Part shown: positions 15,947 to 24,000 of the stretch, in pieces
Numbering within the stretch: position 1 is the first letter of the stretch
How the letters are laid out: every line of letters begins with the position of its first letter
Assembly: GCA_035604895.1 (NCBI GenBank)
Contig: DATNHO010000037.1
Coordinates: 1 to 24,000, forward strand
Origin: Terriglobales bacterium
GTDB taxonomy: Bacteria; Acidobacteriota; Terriglobia; Terriglobales; Acidobacteriaceae
DNA length: 24,000 nt
Reading direction: 5' to 3'
Notes under the pieces: model-generated
The model's database searches: none
The model's input: the letters and a program-made list of their open reading frames with translations, nothing else
What the model was told of the DNA's origin: nothing
Program-made: the position numbers and the translations under genes

Positions 15947-16612
15947 CTACGCCCTGGCTGCTTCCTGATTGCCCAGAGGCAGGAAATACTGGGTTCCCTT
16001 GATCGGTGCGGAAACCTTCCTGAGCAGTTCCTGCAGGTCTTCATTGCGCTCCACGAAATCAATCTCTGAGGTGTTCACGATCAGCAGGTCGGATGAGGTG
16101 TAGTGAAAAAAGAAGTGCTCATAGGCTTTGATCACTTCTTCGAGATATTCTTCATTGATCACCTTCTCTCCTGGCGCATTCTTTTTCTTCAGGCGCTTTT
16201 TCAGTACCTCCGGCGTGGCTTGCAAATAAATCACCAGATCGGGAGTCGGAAGCTGCTCGCGAAAATAGTTGTAATAGCGGTTGTAGGTTTCGAGTTCCTG
16301 GTCGGTAAGGTTGAGGCAGGCGAAGAGCTTGTCTTTTTCGAAGACGAAGTCGGTGACCACGGATTTCTGCGAACGCGGTCCGAGGTCGAGCGCCCGAAGC
16401 TGTTCGAAGCGGCGAATCAGGAAAGCGAATTGCGCCTGGAATCCCGCGCCTCGTTCGCCGTCGTAGAAGGCGCGCAGAAAGGGGTTGTCGTCGGTTTCCA
16501 TGACCAGTTGGGCATTGAGACGCTCTGCCAGAATCCGCGCCAGCGTGCTTTTTCCGACGCGTATGGGACCTTCCACTGCAATGTAACGGGGCAGTTCGAA
16601 AAGATTGGCCAT
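15947..16612 (-). CDS. Deoxynucleoside kinase family protein
   Basis: YIAVEGPIRVGKSTLARILAERL P-loop, LDLGPRSQKSVVTDFVFEKDKLFA, PTPDLVIYLQATPEVLKKRLKKK. Confidence 0.9.
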   Translation of the reverse strand: MANLFELPRYIAVEGPIRVGKSTLARILAERLNAQLVMETDDNPFLRAFYDGERGAGFQAQFAFLIRRFEQLRALDLGPRSQKSVVTDFVFEKDKLFACLNLTDQELETYNRYYNYFREQLPTPDLVIYLQATPEVLKKRLKKKNAPGEKVINEEYLEEVIKAYEHFFFHYTSSDLLIVNTSEIDFVERNEDLQELLRKVSAPIKGTQYFLPLGNQEAARA

Positions 16613-16725
16613 GGGCTAGGGCTTCGCATGGCAGGATATCTCGCCAGAGCTTTGCGCGCAATTGAGGGAAGAGTAACCCCTGTGCACCACCGAGGCACAG
16701 GGAAACAATTTACAATCGCGGCATT

Positions 16726-17460
16726 ATGGATGGCTTCGTCATCGGGGCTGGCGTCGCGGCGGCGGTTGCCGCTGGCTATCAGTCCATGGCGCCAACCGGG
16801 CAATGGTATGGCCGGACCTTTACTGGACTGAAGCCGGGAACCAAGCAACTGGCGCTGACTTTCGACGACGGCCCCAACGATCCGCACACTCTTCGTCTAC
16901 TGGAAAGTCTTGCTCATCAGAATGTGAAGGCAACTTTTTTTCTGATCGGACGCTACGTGAAGCAAAGGCCTGACATCGTGCGCGAACTGGTGCGGGCTGG
17001 GCACGTAGTCGGCAATCATACATTCAGCCATCCCAATCTGATTTTTACTTCGGCGCGGCAAACCAGAATCCAATTGCAGGATTGCGCCCGGGCCTTGACG
17101 GATGCGGTGGGAGAGCATTCCCCGCTGTTTCGTCCCCCGTTTGGCGGACGCCGGCCGGGTACGCTGAGAATCGCGCGGGCCCTGGGTCTGGAACCGGTCC
17201 TGTGGAACGTCACCGGTTGGGACTGGAAAGGAAAGCCGGCGGAGTTCGTCGAGCAGAAAGTCAGCCAACAGATTCGTGGCGGCGATGTAATCCTATTGCA
17301 TGACGGCGGCCATGAGGCATTTGGAGCTGACCGTTCGCAAACCGTAATCGCGACCGATCGCCTGATCGCCCGGTACAAGGCTGATGGATACGAGTTCGTA
17401 ACCGTGCCGGAGATGATGGGAAAAGCAGTTGCCAGTTCTCAGCCCGCAGTTCCCAGTTGA
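16726..17460 (+). CDS. Polysaccharide deacetylase (NodB homology domain) family protein
   Basis: LALTFDDGPNDPHTLRLLESLAHQNVKATFFLIG, GNHTFSHPNL, RPPFGGRRPGT, DVILLHDGG motifs. Confidence 0.92.
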   Translation: MDGFVIGAGVAAAVAAGYQSMAPTGQWYGRTFTGLKPGTKQLALTFDDGPNDPHTLRLLESLAHQNVKATFFLIGRYVKQRPDIVRELVRAGHVVGNHTFSHPNLIFTSARQTRIQLQDCARALTDAVGEHSPLFRPPFGGRRPGTLRIARALGLEPVLWNVTGWDWKGKPAEFVEQKVSQQIRGGDVILLHDGGHEAFGADRSQTVIATDRLIARYKADGYEFVTVPEMMGKAVASSQPAVPS

Positions 17461-17499
17461 GCCCGCGCTGCTGCGCACCCGACAGGGTTCGAGACCGAG

Positions 17500-18801
17500 C
17501 TATGCATGCACCGACGCGAACGCCTGCTTGGCCACGCTAATCGTTTTCTGAATGTCTTCCTCGGAGTGGGCCGTGCCCAGAAACGCGGCTTCGAACTGCG
17601 ACGGGGGCAGATAGATGCCATTGTCCAGCATTCCGCGGAAGAAGCGGCCGAAGGCTTCTGTATCAGATTTCGCGGCCGAATCCCAATCCGTTACCGGACC
17701 GGGCGTAAAGAACCAAGTGAACATGGAACCCACGCGGTTGTGGCACAGCACCACGCCCGCATCTTTCGCGGCGGCTGCCACTCCATCTACGAGTTCCGCG
17801 CTGAGCTTGTCGAGCCGCGGATAGATTTCCTGCTTGTGTTCCCGCAAATGACGCAGCGTTGCCAAACCCGCGGCCATGGCCAAGGGATTTCCCGAGAGCG
17901 TGCCCGCCTGATACATGGGCCCGAGCGGCGCCACCAGATTCATGATTTCGGACGGACCGCCGTAGGCTCCCACCGGGAGTCCGCCGCCAATAATCTTGCC
18001 CATCGTGGTCAGATCGGGCGTCACTCCGTAAAGTTCCTGGGCACCACCAAACGCGACACGGAATCCAGTCATCACTTCGTCAAAAATAAGGACGCTTTTC
18101 TCCCGCTGCGTGATCAGACGCAAGGCCGCAAGATATCCGCCGGGAGCCGGCACACAACCCATGTTGCCCACGACTGGCTCTACGATCACGCAGGCGATTT
18201 CGTGCTTGAACTTCTTGAATGCATGTTCGAGCGCGTCGGTGTCGTTGAAAGGCAACGCTAGAGTGAATTGAATGAATTCTTCCGGAACGCCAGCCGAACC
18301 CGGAATCCCCAGTGTCGCGACACCCGAACCAGCTTTTACTAATAAGGCGTCGGCGTGTCCGTGGTAGCAGCCCTCGAATTTCACAATGTACTTACGCTTG
18401 GTGTAGGCGCGAGCCAGACGAATGGCAGACATCGTCGCTTCCGTGCCCGAATTCACAAAACGGACTTTCTGCATGTGAGGGAACGCAGACAGCACGATTT
18501 CCGCAAGGTCGGCCTCGGCGGGAGTGGAAGCGCCAAAGCTGGTGCCATTGCAGGCGGCGTCCATGATCGCTTCGATCACTTTGGACGGAGCGTGCCCGAG
18601 AATGAGCGGACCCCACGATCCGACGTAGTCGATGTACTCGTTGCCATCGGCATCGAAGATATGCGAACCCTGCCCGCGCAGGATGAAAGGCGCGTCGCCG
18701 CCTACGGCGCGAAAGGCGCGTACCGGCGAATTGACTCCGCCGGGAATCATCTGCTCAGCGCGTTCTTGCAGCTTGCGAGAAATCTCGGTTTTGCGGGCCA
18801 T
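17500..18801 (-). CDS. hemL: Glutamate-1-semialdehyde 2,1-aminomutase
   Basis: Start set at 18801 ([30 protein letters not shown]). [58 protein letters not shown]. Confidence 0.95.
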   Translation of the reverse strand: MARKTEISRKLQERAEQMIPGGVNSPVRAFRAVGGDAPFILRGQGSHIFDADGNEYIDYVGSWGPLILGHAPSKVIEAIMDAACNGTSFGASTPAEADLAEIVLSAFPHMQKVRFVNSGTEATMSAIRLARAYTKRKYIVKFEGCYHGHADALLVKAGSGVATLGIPGSAGVPEEFIQFTLALPFNDTDALEHAFKKFKHEIACVIVEPVVGNMGCVPAPGGYLAALRLITQREKSVLIFDEVMTGFRVAFGGAQELYGVTPDLTTMGKIIGGGLPVGAYGGPSEIMNLVAPLGPMYQAGTLSGNPLAMAAGLATLRHLREHKQEIYPRLDKLSAELVDGVAAAAKDAGVVLCHNRVGSMFTWFFTPGPVTDWDSAAKSDTEAFGRFFRGMLDNGIYLPPSQFEAAFLGTAHSEEDIQKTISVAKQAFASVHA

Positions 18802-18997
18802 GGGCTCTCCGTAGGGAACCAGGTCATCTATCGTAACAGCGAGGGGCAACAACAGCCGGGCTCCCGCGCGACGACCTGCCTCAGGTGTCAAGAGAGGCAA
18901 CGGAATTCATCGGATATTTACAGTCTCGCAACAGTTCTGAAACACGTTCTGGCTACTCTCTTTCCAGTACACGCCCTTCTAACCGGGAGGGTTTTAA

Positions 18998-19026
18998 GGA
19001 CAGCTTCGGGGGGCTCCGAGCTGTCC
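18998..19026 (-). terminator. Hairpin downstream of the CsoR-family gene, possible terminator
   Basis: GGACAGCTTCGG (18998-19009)/CCGAGCTGTCC (19016-19026), long GC-rich stem with one bulge. A/T-rich on both sides but no long U-tract. Confidence 0.5.
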
Positions 19027-19064
19027 TGATTTATTTGCGTCGGCGCTCGCAGTTCACAGACTGA

Positions 19065-19352
19065 TCACTTCAGATACGCGCGAACCAGACCGATCAAATC
19101 CTCTCCTAACTCTTCCGGTGAGTCCACGGCATGTTCCGGATTCATCATGTGCAGGCGGATGTGGTCTTCCAGGACCTCCGCCATCAACCCGTTGACTCCG
19201 CCACGAATAGCCGCCAGCAGCATCAGGATGTCAGCGCATTCATCCCCAGCGGCTAGCGCCCGCTCGACCGCTGCGAACTGGCCACGAATCCGCTTGATGC
19301 GGAACAGGAGCTTCTGTTTCTCTTTTGAAATCTCGGGAATTTTATCTTGCAT
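19065..19352 (-). CDS. CsoR/RcnR/FrmR (DUF156) family transcriptional repressor
   Basis: LLFRIKRIRGQFAAVERALAAGDECADILMLLAAIRGGVNGLMAEVLEDHIRLHM...LVRAYLK. Ligand-like residues C39, H64, H68. Confidence 0.9.
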   Translation of the reverse strand: MQDKIPEISKEKQKLLFRIKRIRGQFAAVERALAAGDECADILMLLAAIRGGVNGLMAEVLEDHIRLHMMNPEHAVDSPEELGEDLIGLVRAYLK

Positions 19353-19385
19353 TTTTGCCTGCTTTCTTCAATCTTTCCCTTTACA

Positions 19386-19407
19386 ATACCGTAGGGGGGT
19401 ATGATAT
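19386..19407. promoter_or_regulatory. Candidate CsoR/RcnR/FrmR-family operator (G6 tract with A/T-rich dyad flanks)
   Basis: ATACCGTA-GGGGGG-TATGATAT, flanks matching at 6 of 8 dyad positions, 34 bp upstream of the regulator start. Lies between possible -35 TTTACA (19380-19385) and -10 ATATAA (19404-19409) of a rightward promoter. Confidence 0.65.
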
Positions 19408-19511
19408 AAGATTCTCAGGAGGGAAACCCATCGCGGACCCAGGAGCCGCTGAATCCCTCAGGAGCGTAAATCGCATGGTAGCTCAAATCCAGAGAAAGGA
19501 GGGTAACGACA

Positions 19512-19715
19512 ATGAACTGCATGACTCTATTCCTACAGCCAATAGCGATGGCGACGACGCAGCTCGCGTGCGTAATTCACCACGAAACTGTCTCTTCGTG
19601 GCAGAGGCAACCGAAGGCGGAACACAAGTCTTTGCGCATGAGCTGGGTCGTGGTCACCGACGAACGCGGCCAACGGCAGCTTCGCATGCACTGGGTAGCT
19701 GTGGAGGACTGCTGA
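19512..19715 (+). CDS. Small hypothetical protein (67 aa)
   Basis: Strong SD AAAGGAGGG upstream of the ATG. MNCMTLFLQPIAMATTQLACVIHHETVSSWQRQPKAEHKSLRMSWVVVTDERGQRQLRMHWVAVEDC. Confidence 0.5.
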   Translation: MNCMTLFLQPIAMATTQLACVIHHETVSSWQRQPKAEHKSLRMSWVVVTDERGQRQLRMHWVAVEDC

Positions 19716-19888
19716 CGACGGCAGACTCCACCTGTAACATTTCGTTAACATGGCGTGCGTAGGCTAGGTGGGTTGGCGGCGCTTCCCGTTAGAGCGTCGA
19801 CCGACCGCCGAGCCGGACGCCAATATATTTCGTTAATTTACGAGACGCGAAGAAGATCCGAAGCTTAAGCCGTGTCGACATCAAAAAC

Positions 19889-21358
19889 ATGAGAAAGCAA
19901 GTCCAACTCGCAAATCCCGCCCCCATCTGGCTGATAATTGTGTTTTGGGTGACTTTTGGTTCGGGGCTGCCTGCGCTTGCACAGCAGCCTGAAACGCCCG
20001 TTGCCGCGAAACCGGATACAGCGCCCCAGGCAGGGGCCGTCAGCGAGGCTGATCCGCCCTCTGATCCGCCAGCAGACGAAGGCACGGAATCGATGTTCCC
20101 GCATTTCAAAGACACGCGCTTCTGGCTTTCGGGGCAGATGAACTTCATTTTTCAGACCCATCCGCCATTCCCTGCGGCCTACAGCGGGAAGAACAGTTTG
20201 AGTCCCAACTATGAGAAGGCCACGTCCCGCGTGTTGACGCTTTACACGGGCATGCGGCTCAACAACTCGACAGAGATTCTGGTGGACATTGAAGAAGCCG
20301 GAGGATCAGCCCTCAGCACGGGCCTCGGGCTTGCGGGCAACACCGACCTCGATATCGTGCGTAATCCCTTGCTGAGCAAAGAGCCTTATCTGGCGCGCGG
20401 CATGATTCACAAAGTATTTGCGTTGAGCAAAGACAAGATCGAGAACGAGCGCACTGCGTTCTCGCTTTTCGAGGAACTTCCGCGCCGCCGGCTGGAAGTA
20501 CGCTTCGGCAAGTTCAGCATGCCGGACTTCTTCGATGTGAATTCGGTGGGCTCGGATACCCATTTTCAATTCTCCAACTGGACCGTAGACAACAACGGTG
20601 CCTGGGACTACGCCGCCGACACGCGCGGCTACACCGTCGGCGCGGTGGCCGATTACGAGGACCGCAATTGGGGCTTCCGCTTTGCCGAGGGGCTCATGCC
20701 CAAGGTCGCGAACGGAATTGATCTGGTCTGGAAGCCGTGGCAAGCTCATGCCGAGAACTTTGAGTACGAGTTGCGTCACGGAGTGATCCCGAAAAAAGCG
20801 GGGGTGGTCCGTCTATTGGCCTACACCAACTACGCCAACATGGGGATTTACCGCGAGGCCATCGCCAACTTTGAAGCAGGGCTTACACCCATTCCAGAAA
20901 TCACCGACCATCCCTGGCACATCAGTCGCAAGTATGGATTCGGTGTGAACCTGGAACAGAATCTCACCCGTTACTTGACCGCTTTCGGGCGCTTCGGATG
21001 GGATAACGGAAAGACCGAATCCTTCGCCTACACGGAAGTCGATCAAACCTTCGCCATGGGACTTGGAGCGAACGGCGCCTGGTGGCATCGCAAACAGGAT
21101 CGGGCCGGCGTTGCCTTCGTGACCAATGCCATTTGCAAAGATCATCAAATCTATCTTGCCGACGGCGGCCTAGGGTTTCTGCTCGGCGATGGCGCGTTAA
21201 AATACGGTCGTGAAAATATCGTCGAGTCGTATTACACGGTCCACGTCTGGCGCGGCATTTACGTCGCCCCCGGCGTGCAGCACATCAACGATCCCGGATA
21301 CAACCGCGACCGCGGCCCGTTAGTTGTGCCTTCGTTCCGCGCCCACGCAGAGTTCTAG
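19889..21358 (+). CDS. Carbohydrate-selective porin-like outer membrane protein (OprB-like)
   Basis: Signal-like N-terminus (WLIIVFWVTFGSGLPALAQ). Beta-barrel-like pattern (FWLSGQMNFIFQTHPPFPAAYSGKNSLSP, RRLEVRFGKFSMPDFFDVN, NFEYELRHGVIPKKAGVVRLLAYTNYANMG). Confidence 0.7.
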   Translation: MRKQVQLANPAPIWLIIVFWVTFGSGLPALAQQPETPVAAKPDTAPQAGAVSEADPPSDPPADEGTESMFPHFKDTRFWLSGQMNFIFQTHPPFPAAYSGKNSLSPNYEKATSRVLTLYTGMRLNNSTEILVDIEEAGGSALSTGLGLAGNTDLDIVRNPLLSKEPYLARGMIHKVFALSKDKIENERTAFSLFEELPRRRLEVRFGKFSMPDFFDVNSVGSDTHFQFSNWTVDNNGAWDYAADTRGYTVGAVADYEDRNWGFRFAEGLMPKVANGIDLVWKPWQAHAENFEYELRHGVIPKKAGVVRLLAYTNYANMGIYREAIANFEAGLTPIPEITDHPWHISRKYGFGVNLEQNLTRYLTAFGRFGWDNGKTESFAYTEVDQTFAMGLGANGAWWHRKQDRAGVAFVTNAICKDHQIYLADGGLGFLLGDGALKYGRENIVESYYTVHVWRGIYVAPGVQHINDPGYNRDRGPLVVPSFRAHAEF

Positions 21359-21424
21359 GAATCCACCGGATACTCAAATTGTCCTCAAGCGCTTAGCCAT
21401 TGGCTACGACCACCCTGCCATGCA

Positions 21425-21877
21425 TCAGAGGAGCTGATCCAGGATTGCTGTCACGAACTCTCCAACTCGCGCGAAAACTGGGTTATTTGTGATGAACCCC
21501 GTCGCCTGCGCTCGGAGGGCAGCGGCTGCCTGCAGTGCATCCGGCGTCCGGAGACGATACATGGCGCGCATTCGTGCTGCCAAGTCCGCCGTCTCCAGGT
21601 CAGGCGCCATCCATCGCAAGTTAGGATACGTGGAAAGCAAAGCATAGAATGCGTCAACTTTGTGCTCGTCGTTGTCGCGATACGATGGGACCAGGAGCTC
21701 CGTCATCGTGATCGTGGAAGTCACGGCCTCATGGCCTGCCCGCTCCACCCACGAAAAGACAGAATCTGTGAGCGCGAGGTACCGGGGATTCGCTTCCATC
21801 TGGTAAATGAAGATGCTGGTGTCGAGAGCGATCCGGCGGTGACACCGGAGAAATAGCCGAAGGTGCTCTACTCCCAA
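21425..21877 (-). CDS. PIN-domain toxin (VapC-like)
   Basis: IALDTSIFIYQMEANPRY, TMTELLVPSY, LRTPDALQAAAALRA, GFITNNPVF. Overlaps the upstream AbrB-like gene. Confidence 0.82.
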   Translation of the reverse strand: MGVEHLRLFLRCHRRIALDTSIFIYQMEANPRYLALTDSVFSWVERAGHEAVTSTITMTELLVPSYRDNDEHKVDAFYALLSTYPNLRWMAPDLETADLAARMRAMYRLRTPDALQAAAALRAQATGFITNNPVFARVGEFVTAILDQLL

Positions 21878-22089
21878 CTCTGACGCTCCTCCTCGAGATG
21901 TTGGGATGGATAGGCGGTACCCGCCAAACCTCGAATGGCTGCCTTATGAGACCTGGGTTTTTGCAGCACCAGCACTCTCTTGCCGCGGACCACGACCAGG
22001 ACCTTATCGCCAGCCTTTAAGCCGAGCGCCTCCCGCGCCTCCCGCGGAATTACGATCTGATTCTTGGAAGAAATCGTCGCTTGGGCCAT
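21868..22089 (-). CDS. AbrB/SpoVT-family antitoxin
   Basis: Start at 22089: MAQATISSKNQIVIPREAREALGLKAGDKVLVVVRGKRVLVLQKP. Confidence 0.85.
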   Translation of the reverse strand: MAQATISSKNQIVIPREAREALGLKAGDKVLVVVRGKRVLVLQKPRSHKAAIRGLAGTAYPSQHLEEERQSWE

Positions 22090-22091
22090 GA

Positions 22092-22116
22092 CTTTACATT
22101 TTAGCATAAAGTAAAG
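22092..22116. promoter_or_regulatory. Candidate dyad operator immediately upstream of the AbrB-like start codon
   Basis: CTTTAC (22092-22097)/GTAAAG (22111-22116), 13-bp A/T-rich spacer. Confidence 0.4.
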
Positions 22117-22166
22117 CGCTACCGGCCATGGCCCCGGCGGGAGGTTTGCATGGCCCATCCATTTCT

Positions 22167-22451
22167 CTACTTCTCGACCTTCACGCCCTTCCAAAACGCC
22201 ACGTACCCCTTAATCTGCTTGGCCGCGGGCTTCGGCTCAGGATAAAACCAAGCTGCACCCTGATTCTGTTTGCCGTTCACCTCGAGGTCGTAGTAGCTGG
22301 CTGTGCCCTTCCAGGGACAAACGGAATGAGCGGGGCTGGGTTTGAAATATTCCTGTTTAATCGCGTCAGGCGGAAAATACTGGTTGCCTTCCACTTCCAC
22401 GCATTGGTTGGATTCAGCGAGAACCGTGCCTTCCCAGATTGCTTTTGACAT
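22167..22451 (-). CDS. DUF427 domain-containing protein
   Basis: KAIWEGTVLAESNQCVEVEGNQYFPPDAIKQEYFKPSPAHSVCPWKGTASYYDLEVNGK...AAWFYPEPKPAAKQIKGYVAFWKGVKVE. Confidence 0.9.
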   Translation of the reverse strand: MSKAIWEGTVLAESNQCVEVEGNQYFPPDAIKQEYFKPSPAHSVCPWKGTASYYDLEVNGKQNQGAAWFYPEPKPAAKQIKGYVAFWKGVKVEK

Positions 22452-22473
22452 GTCATCAGTTTAGATTTCTCTT

Positions 22474-23406
22474 ATGGCTGGTGGCTTCGAAAAATTGGTT
22501 GCGGACGTAATGCCCTCAACCCCGGCTGAGCCCCGTTTCAACGGTCATTCCATGGTAGGCGCGTTGCAACGCGTGCTGGTGTGCTCACCGCGGACCGCCT
22601 GCTGGCATCAACCTGAGCGGGCCGCGCGCTGGCGGGAGCTCGGATTCGCTCATCCTCCGAATTTTCAGGTGGCTCAGTCGCAGCATGAGGCATTGTGTCG
22701 CGAACTGAGCGCGTGCGGCGCGGAGGTCGAGGACATCCCCCCGGCCATGGAGCTTTCGCTCGATGCCGTCTATGCCCACGACGCCTCGTTGCCGACAGAT
22801 TTTGGGTTGATTCTGATGCGTCCCGGCAAAGCCAACCGGGTTCCTGAAGGCAAACATCACGGGTCGTTCTGCCAGATTTTGGGCGTTCCCATGCTGGCCA
22901 AAATTACGGCTCCGGCAACGACGGAAGCCGGAGACATGGTTTGGCTCGATGCCAAGACGCTGCTCGTCGGCCACGGCTACCGCACCAACGCGCAGGGCGT
23001 ACAACAGATGCGCGGCCTGCTCAAGCCCAAGGGAGTGGAGGTTCTTTCTGCGCCGCTGCCGCACGGTCCGGGACCGTCGGCGTGCCTGCATTTGATGTCA
23101 CTGATTAGTTTGCTCGATGAGAAAACCGTGCTCGTCGACTTGCCATGGCTCGCGGTTGAGACTCTGGAGTTGCTGAGAGCGCGTGGCTATGACTTTATCG
23201 AGATTGACTATTCCGAGCGCGAGACCCTTGCCTGCAACGTGCTCTCGTTGGGCGAGAAGCGACTGCTTGCACTGGACGAAAACAAAAAGACCAATCAAAA
23301 GCTGCGCGCGGCAGGATTTGATGTCCGAACCTTCCCCGGTTCCGAGCTGTGCATCAACGGCAGCGGCGGCCCCACCTGCCTGACCCGGCCTTTGCTGCGC
23401 TCATAA
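22474..23406 (+). CDS. Dimethylarginine dimethylaminohydrolase-like amidinotransferase-superfamily protein (start may be ATG 22552)
   Basis: VYAHDASL, GDMVWLDAKTLLVGHGYRTNAQGVQQM, SACLHLMSLISLLDEKTVLVD and NGSGGPTCLTRPLLR motifs with candidate catalytic His and Cys. Confidence 0.85.
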   Translation: MAGGFEKLVADVMPSTPAEPRFNGHSMVGALQRVLVCSPRTACWHQPERAARWRELGFAHPPNFQVAQSQHEALCRELSACGAEVEDIPPAMELSLDAVYAHDASLPTDFGLILMRPGKANRVPEGKHHGSFCQILGVPMLAKITAPATTEAGDMVWLDAKTLLVGHGYRTNAQGVQQMRGLLKPKGVEVLSAPLPHGPGPSACLHLMSLISLLDEKTVLVDLPWLAVETLELLRARGYDFIEIDYSERETLACNVLSLGEKRLLALDENKKTNQKLRAAGFDVRTFPGSELCINGSGGPTCLTRPLLRS

Positions 23407-23437
23407 GGCCACCCCCTCTCGAACAACGGAAATGGAG

Positions 23438-23459
23438 AAGTGTTCCACGTGGAACACTT
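23438..23459. promoter_or_regulatory. parS: Candidate parS site (ParB/Spo0J binding site): perfect 22-bp palindrome
   Basis: AAGTGTTCCACGTGGAACACTT. The core TGTTCCACGTGGAACA (23441-23456) matches the canonical parS pattern and lies between convergent genes. Confidence 0.75.
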
Positions 23460-23476
23460 TGCATCCCGGGCCCTTT

Positions 23477-24000
23477 TCAGCGAACTTGCAGGCTATCTAA
23501 CACGTGCTCGAAGGTCGGCAGCAAGGCTTCAAAGTCCGCCTCGGGAGCGACAAACACCGTGTACAGCAAGACGTGCGAGCGGCCCAGCAACGCAATCAGG
23601 CGCACGCGCTCGCGCAGTGGATGACCGTTTTCCTGCACTGCTGATTTGCCAAACCAATCCAGTTTCCTGGCGTCTCTGCCATGCAGTGTAAAAGCCAGTG
23701 GGCTATTGGCTATCTGAAGATCAGAATTGGCTTGTTCGATATCGGCCATCAGCTCGAGGAGACCGTCATCCAGTTCCTGGCTGCTTTTGCCTTTCGGTTG
23801 GAAACCGCTGATCATCAGCCCGTAGGCGAGAGTGCCGTTCAAATATCCTCCCTCAGGATAGATGGTTACGCTTGTCGAGTCAGCATCGCCGTCGATTCGC
23901 CAGTTCTCCGGATAGCGAAGCGCGTAGGCCACGTGCTGAAAGTCGCGGAAGTTGGAGCTGGCAATGTTCTGCATCGACAATCTAGACATGAGGGCGGGCT
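23477..24000 (-). CDS. C-terminal part of a protein of uncertain family, running off the right edge
   Basis: Open frame from the window edge to a stop at 23477. ...FQHVAYALRYPENWRIDGDADSTSVTIYPEGGYLNGTLAYGLMISGFQP... resembles PsbP-like/secreted-protein C-terminal domains. Start not in window. Confidence 0.6.
   Translation of the reverse strand, partial: PALMSRLSMQNIASSNFRDFQHVAYALRYPENWRIDGDADSTSVTIYPEGGYLNGTLAYGLMISGFQPKGKSSQELDDGLLELMADIEQANSDLQIANSPLAFTLHGRDARKLDWFGKSAVQENGHPLRERVRLIALLGRSHVLLYTVFVAPEADFEALLPTFEHVLDSLQVR

Noticed and set aside
16688-16725. Possible promoter (TACAAT at 16711-16716) for the deacetylase gene
   Set aside because: A -10-like hexamer only. No credible -35 at 16-18 bp, so not listed as a feature.
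17506-18261. 251-aa plus-strand ORF opposite hemL
   Set aside because: Shadow of the hemL coding frame. The amino-acid composition is unnatural (many His/Arg) and there is no RBS.
19325-19762. 145-aa plus-strand ORF covering the CsoR operator and the small ORF
   Set aside because: Its start is antisense within the repressor gene and it runs through the operator and promoter. The SD at ~19494-19504 fits the shorter 19512 ORF in another frame.
1-24000. CRISPR arrays, tRNA/rRNA genes, transposases, integrases or phage genes
   Set aside because: Reading the sequence and ORF track gave no regularly spaced repeats of 24-40 bp, no recognisable RNA genes and no mobile-element proteins. A tRNAscan/Infernal run would be needed to exclude small RNAs formally.

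Overview
This 24 kb window looks like an ordinary chromosomal segment, probably acidobacterial judging by gene content (inference). From left to right it holds: the 3' part of secD and secF; a TonB/ExbB/ExbD/ExbD energy-transduction cluster; a TPR lipoprotein; small and alanine/proline-rich hypothetical proteins; a secreted tandem-repeat (GloVer-like) protein; a Bcp-type peroxiredoxin; a 3-methyladenine DNA glycosylase (MPG family); panC, a lipoprotein and panB; two plus-strand toxin-antitoxin modules (AbrB/PIN and Xre-ParS/RES) inside a minus-strand block; a deoxynucleoside kinase; a polysaccharide deacetylase; hemL; a CsoR/RcnR/FrmR-family regulator; a porin; a second AbrB/PIN module; a DUF427 protein; a dimethylarginine-dimethylaminohydrolase-like protein; and the C-terminal part of an unidentified ORF running off the right edge. 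I found no CRISPR array, phage, transposase, tRNA or rRNA, and no clearly novel multi-gene defence system. The most interesting signals are non-coding: (1) a perfect 22-bp palindrome containing TGTTCCACGTGGAACA, a strong ParB parS candidate, between convergent genes at 23438-23459; (2) a consensus-like sigma70 promoter with a 12-bp-arm dyad centred near the -10 and reaching the start codon of the Xre/RES module, which implies an almost leaderless, autorepressed transcript; (3) a G6-tract dyad upstream of a CsoR-family regulator with a C/H/H metal-ligand pattern; (4) a 24-25 bp-arm inverted-repeat element between secD and secF; (5) a 17-bp degenerate tandem repeat that spans a stop codon; and (6) a possible three-way-junction RNA leader.
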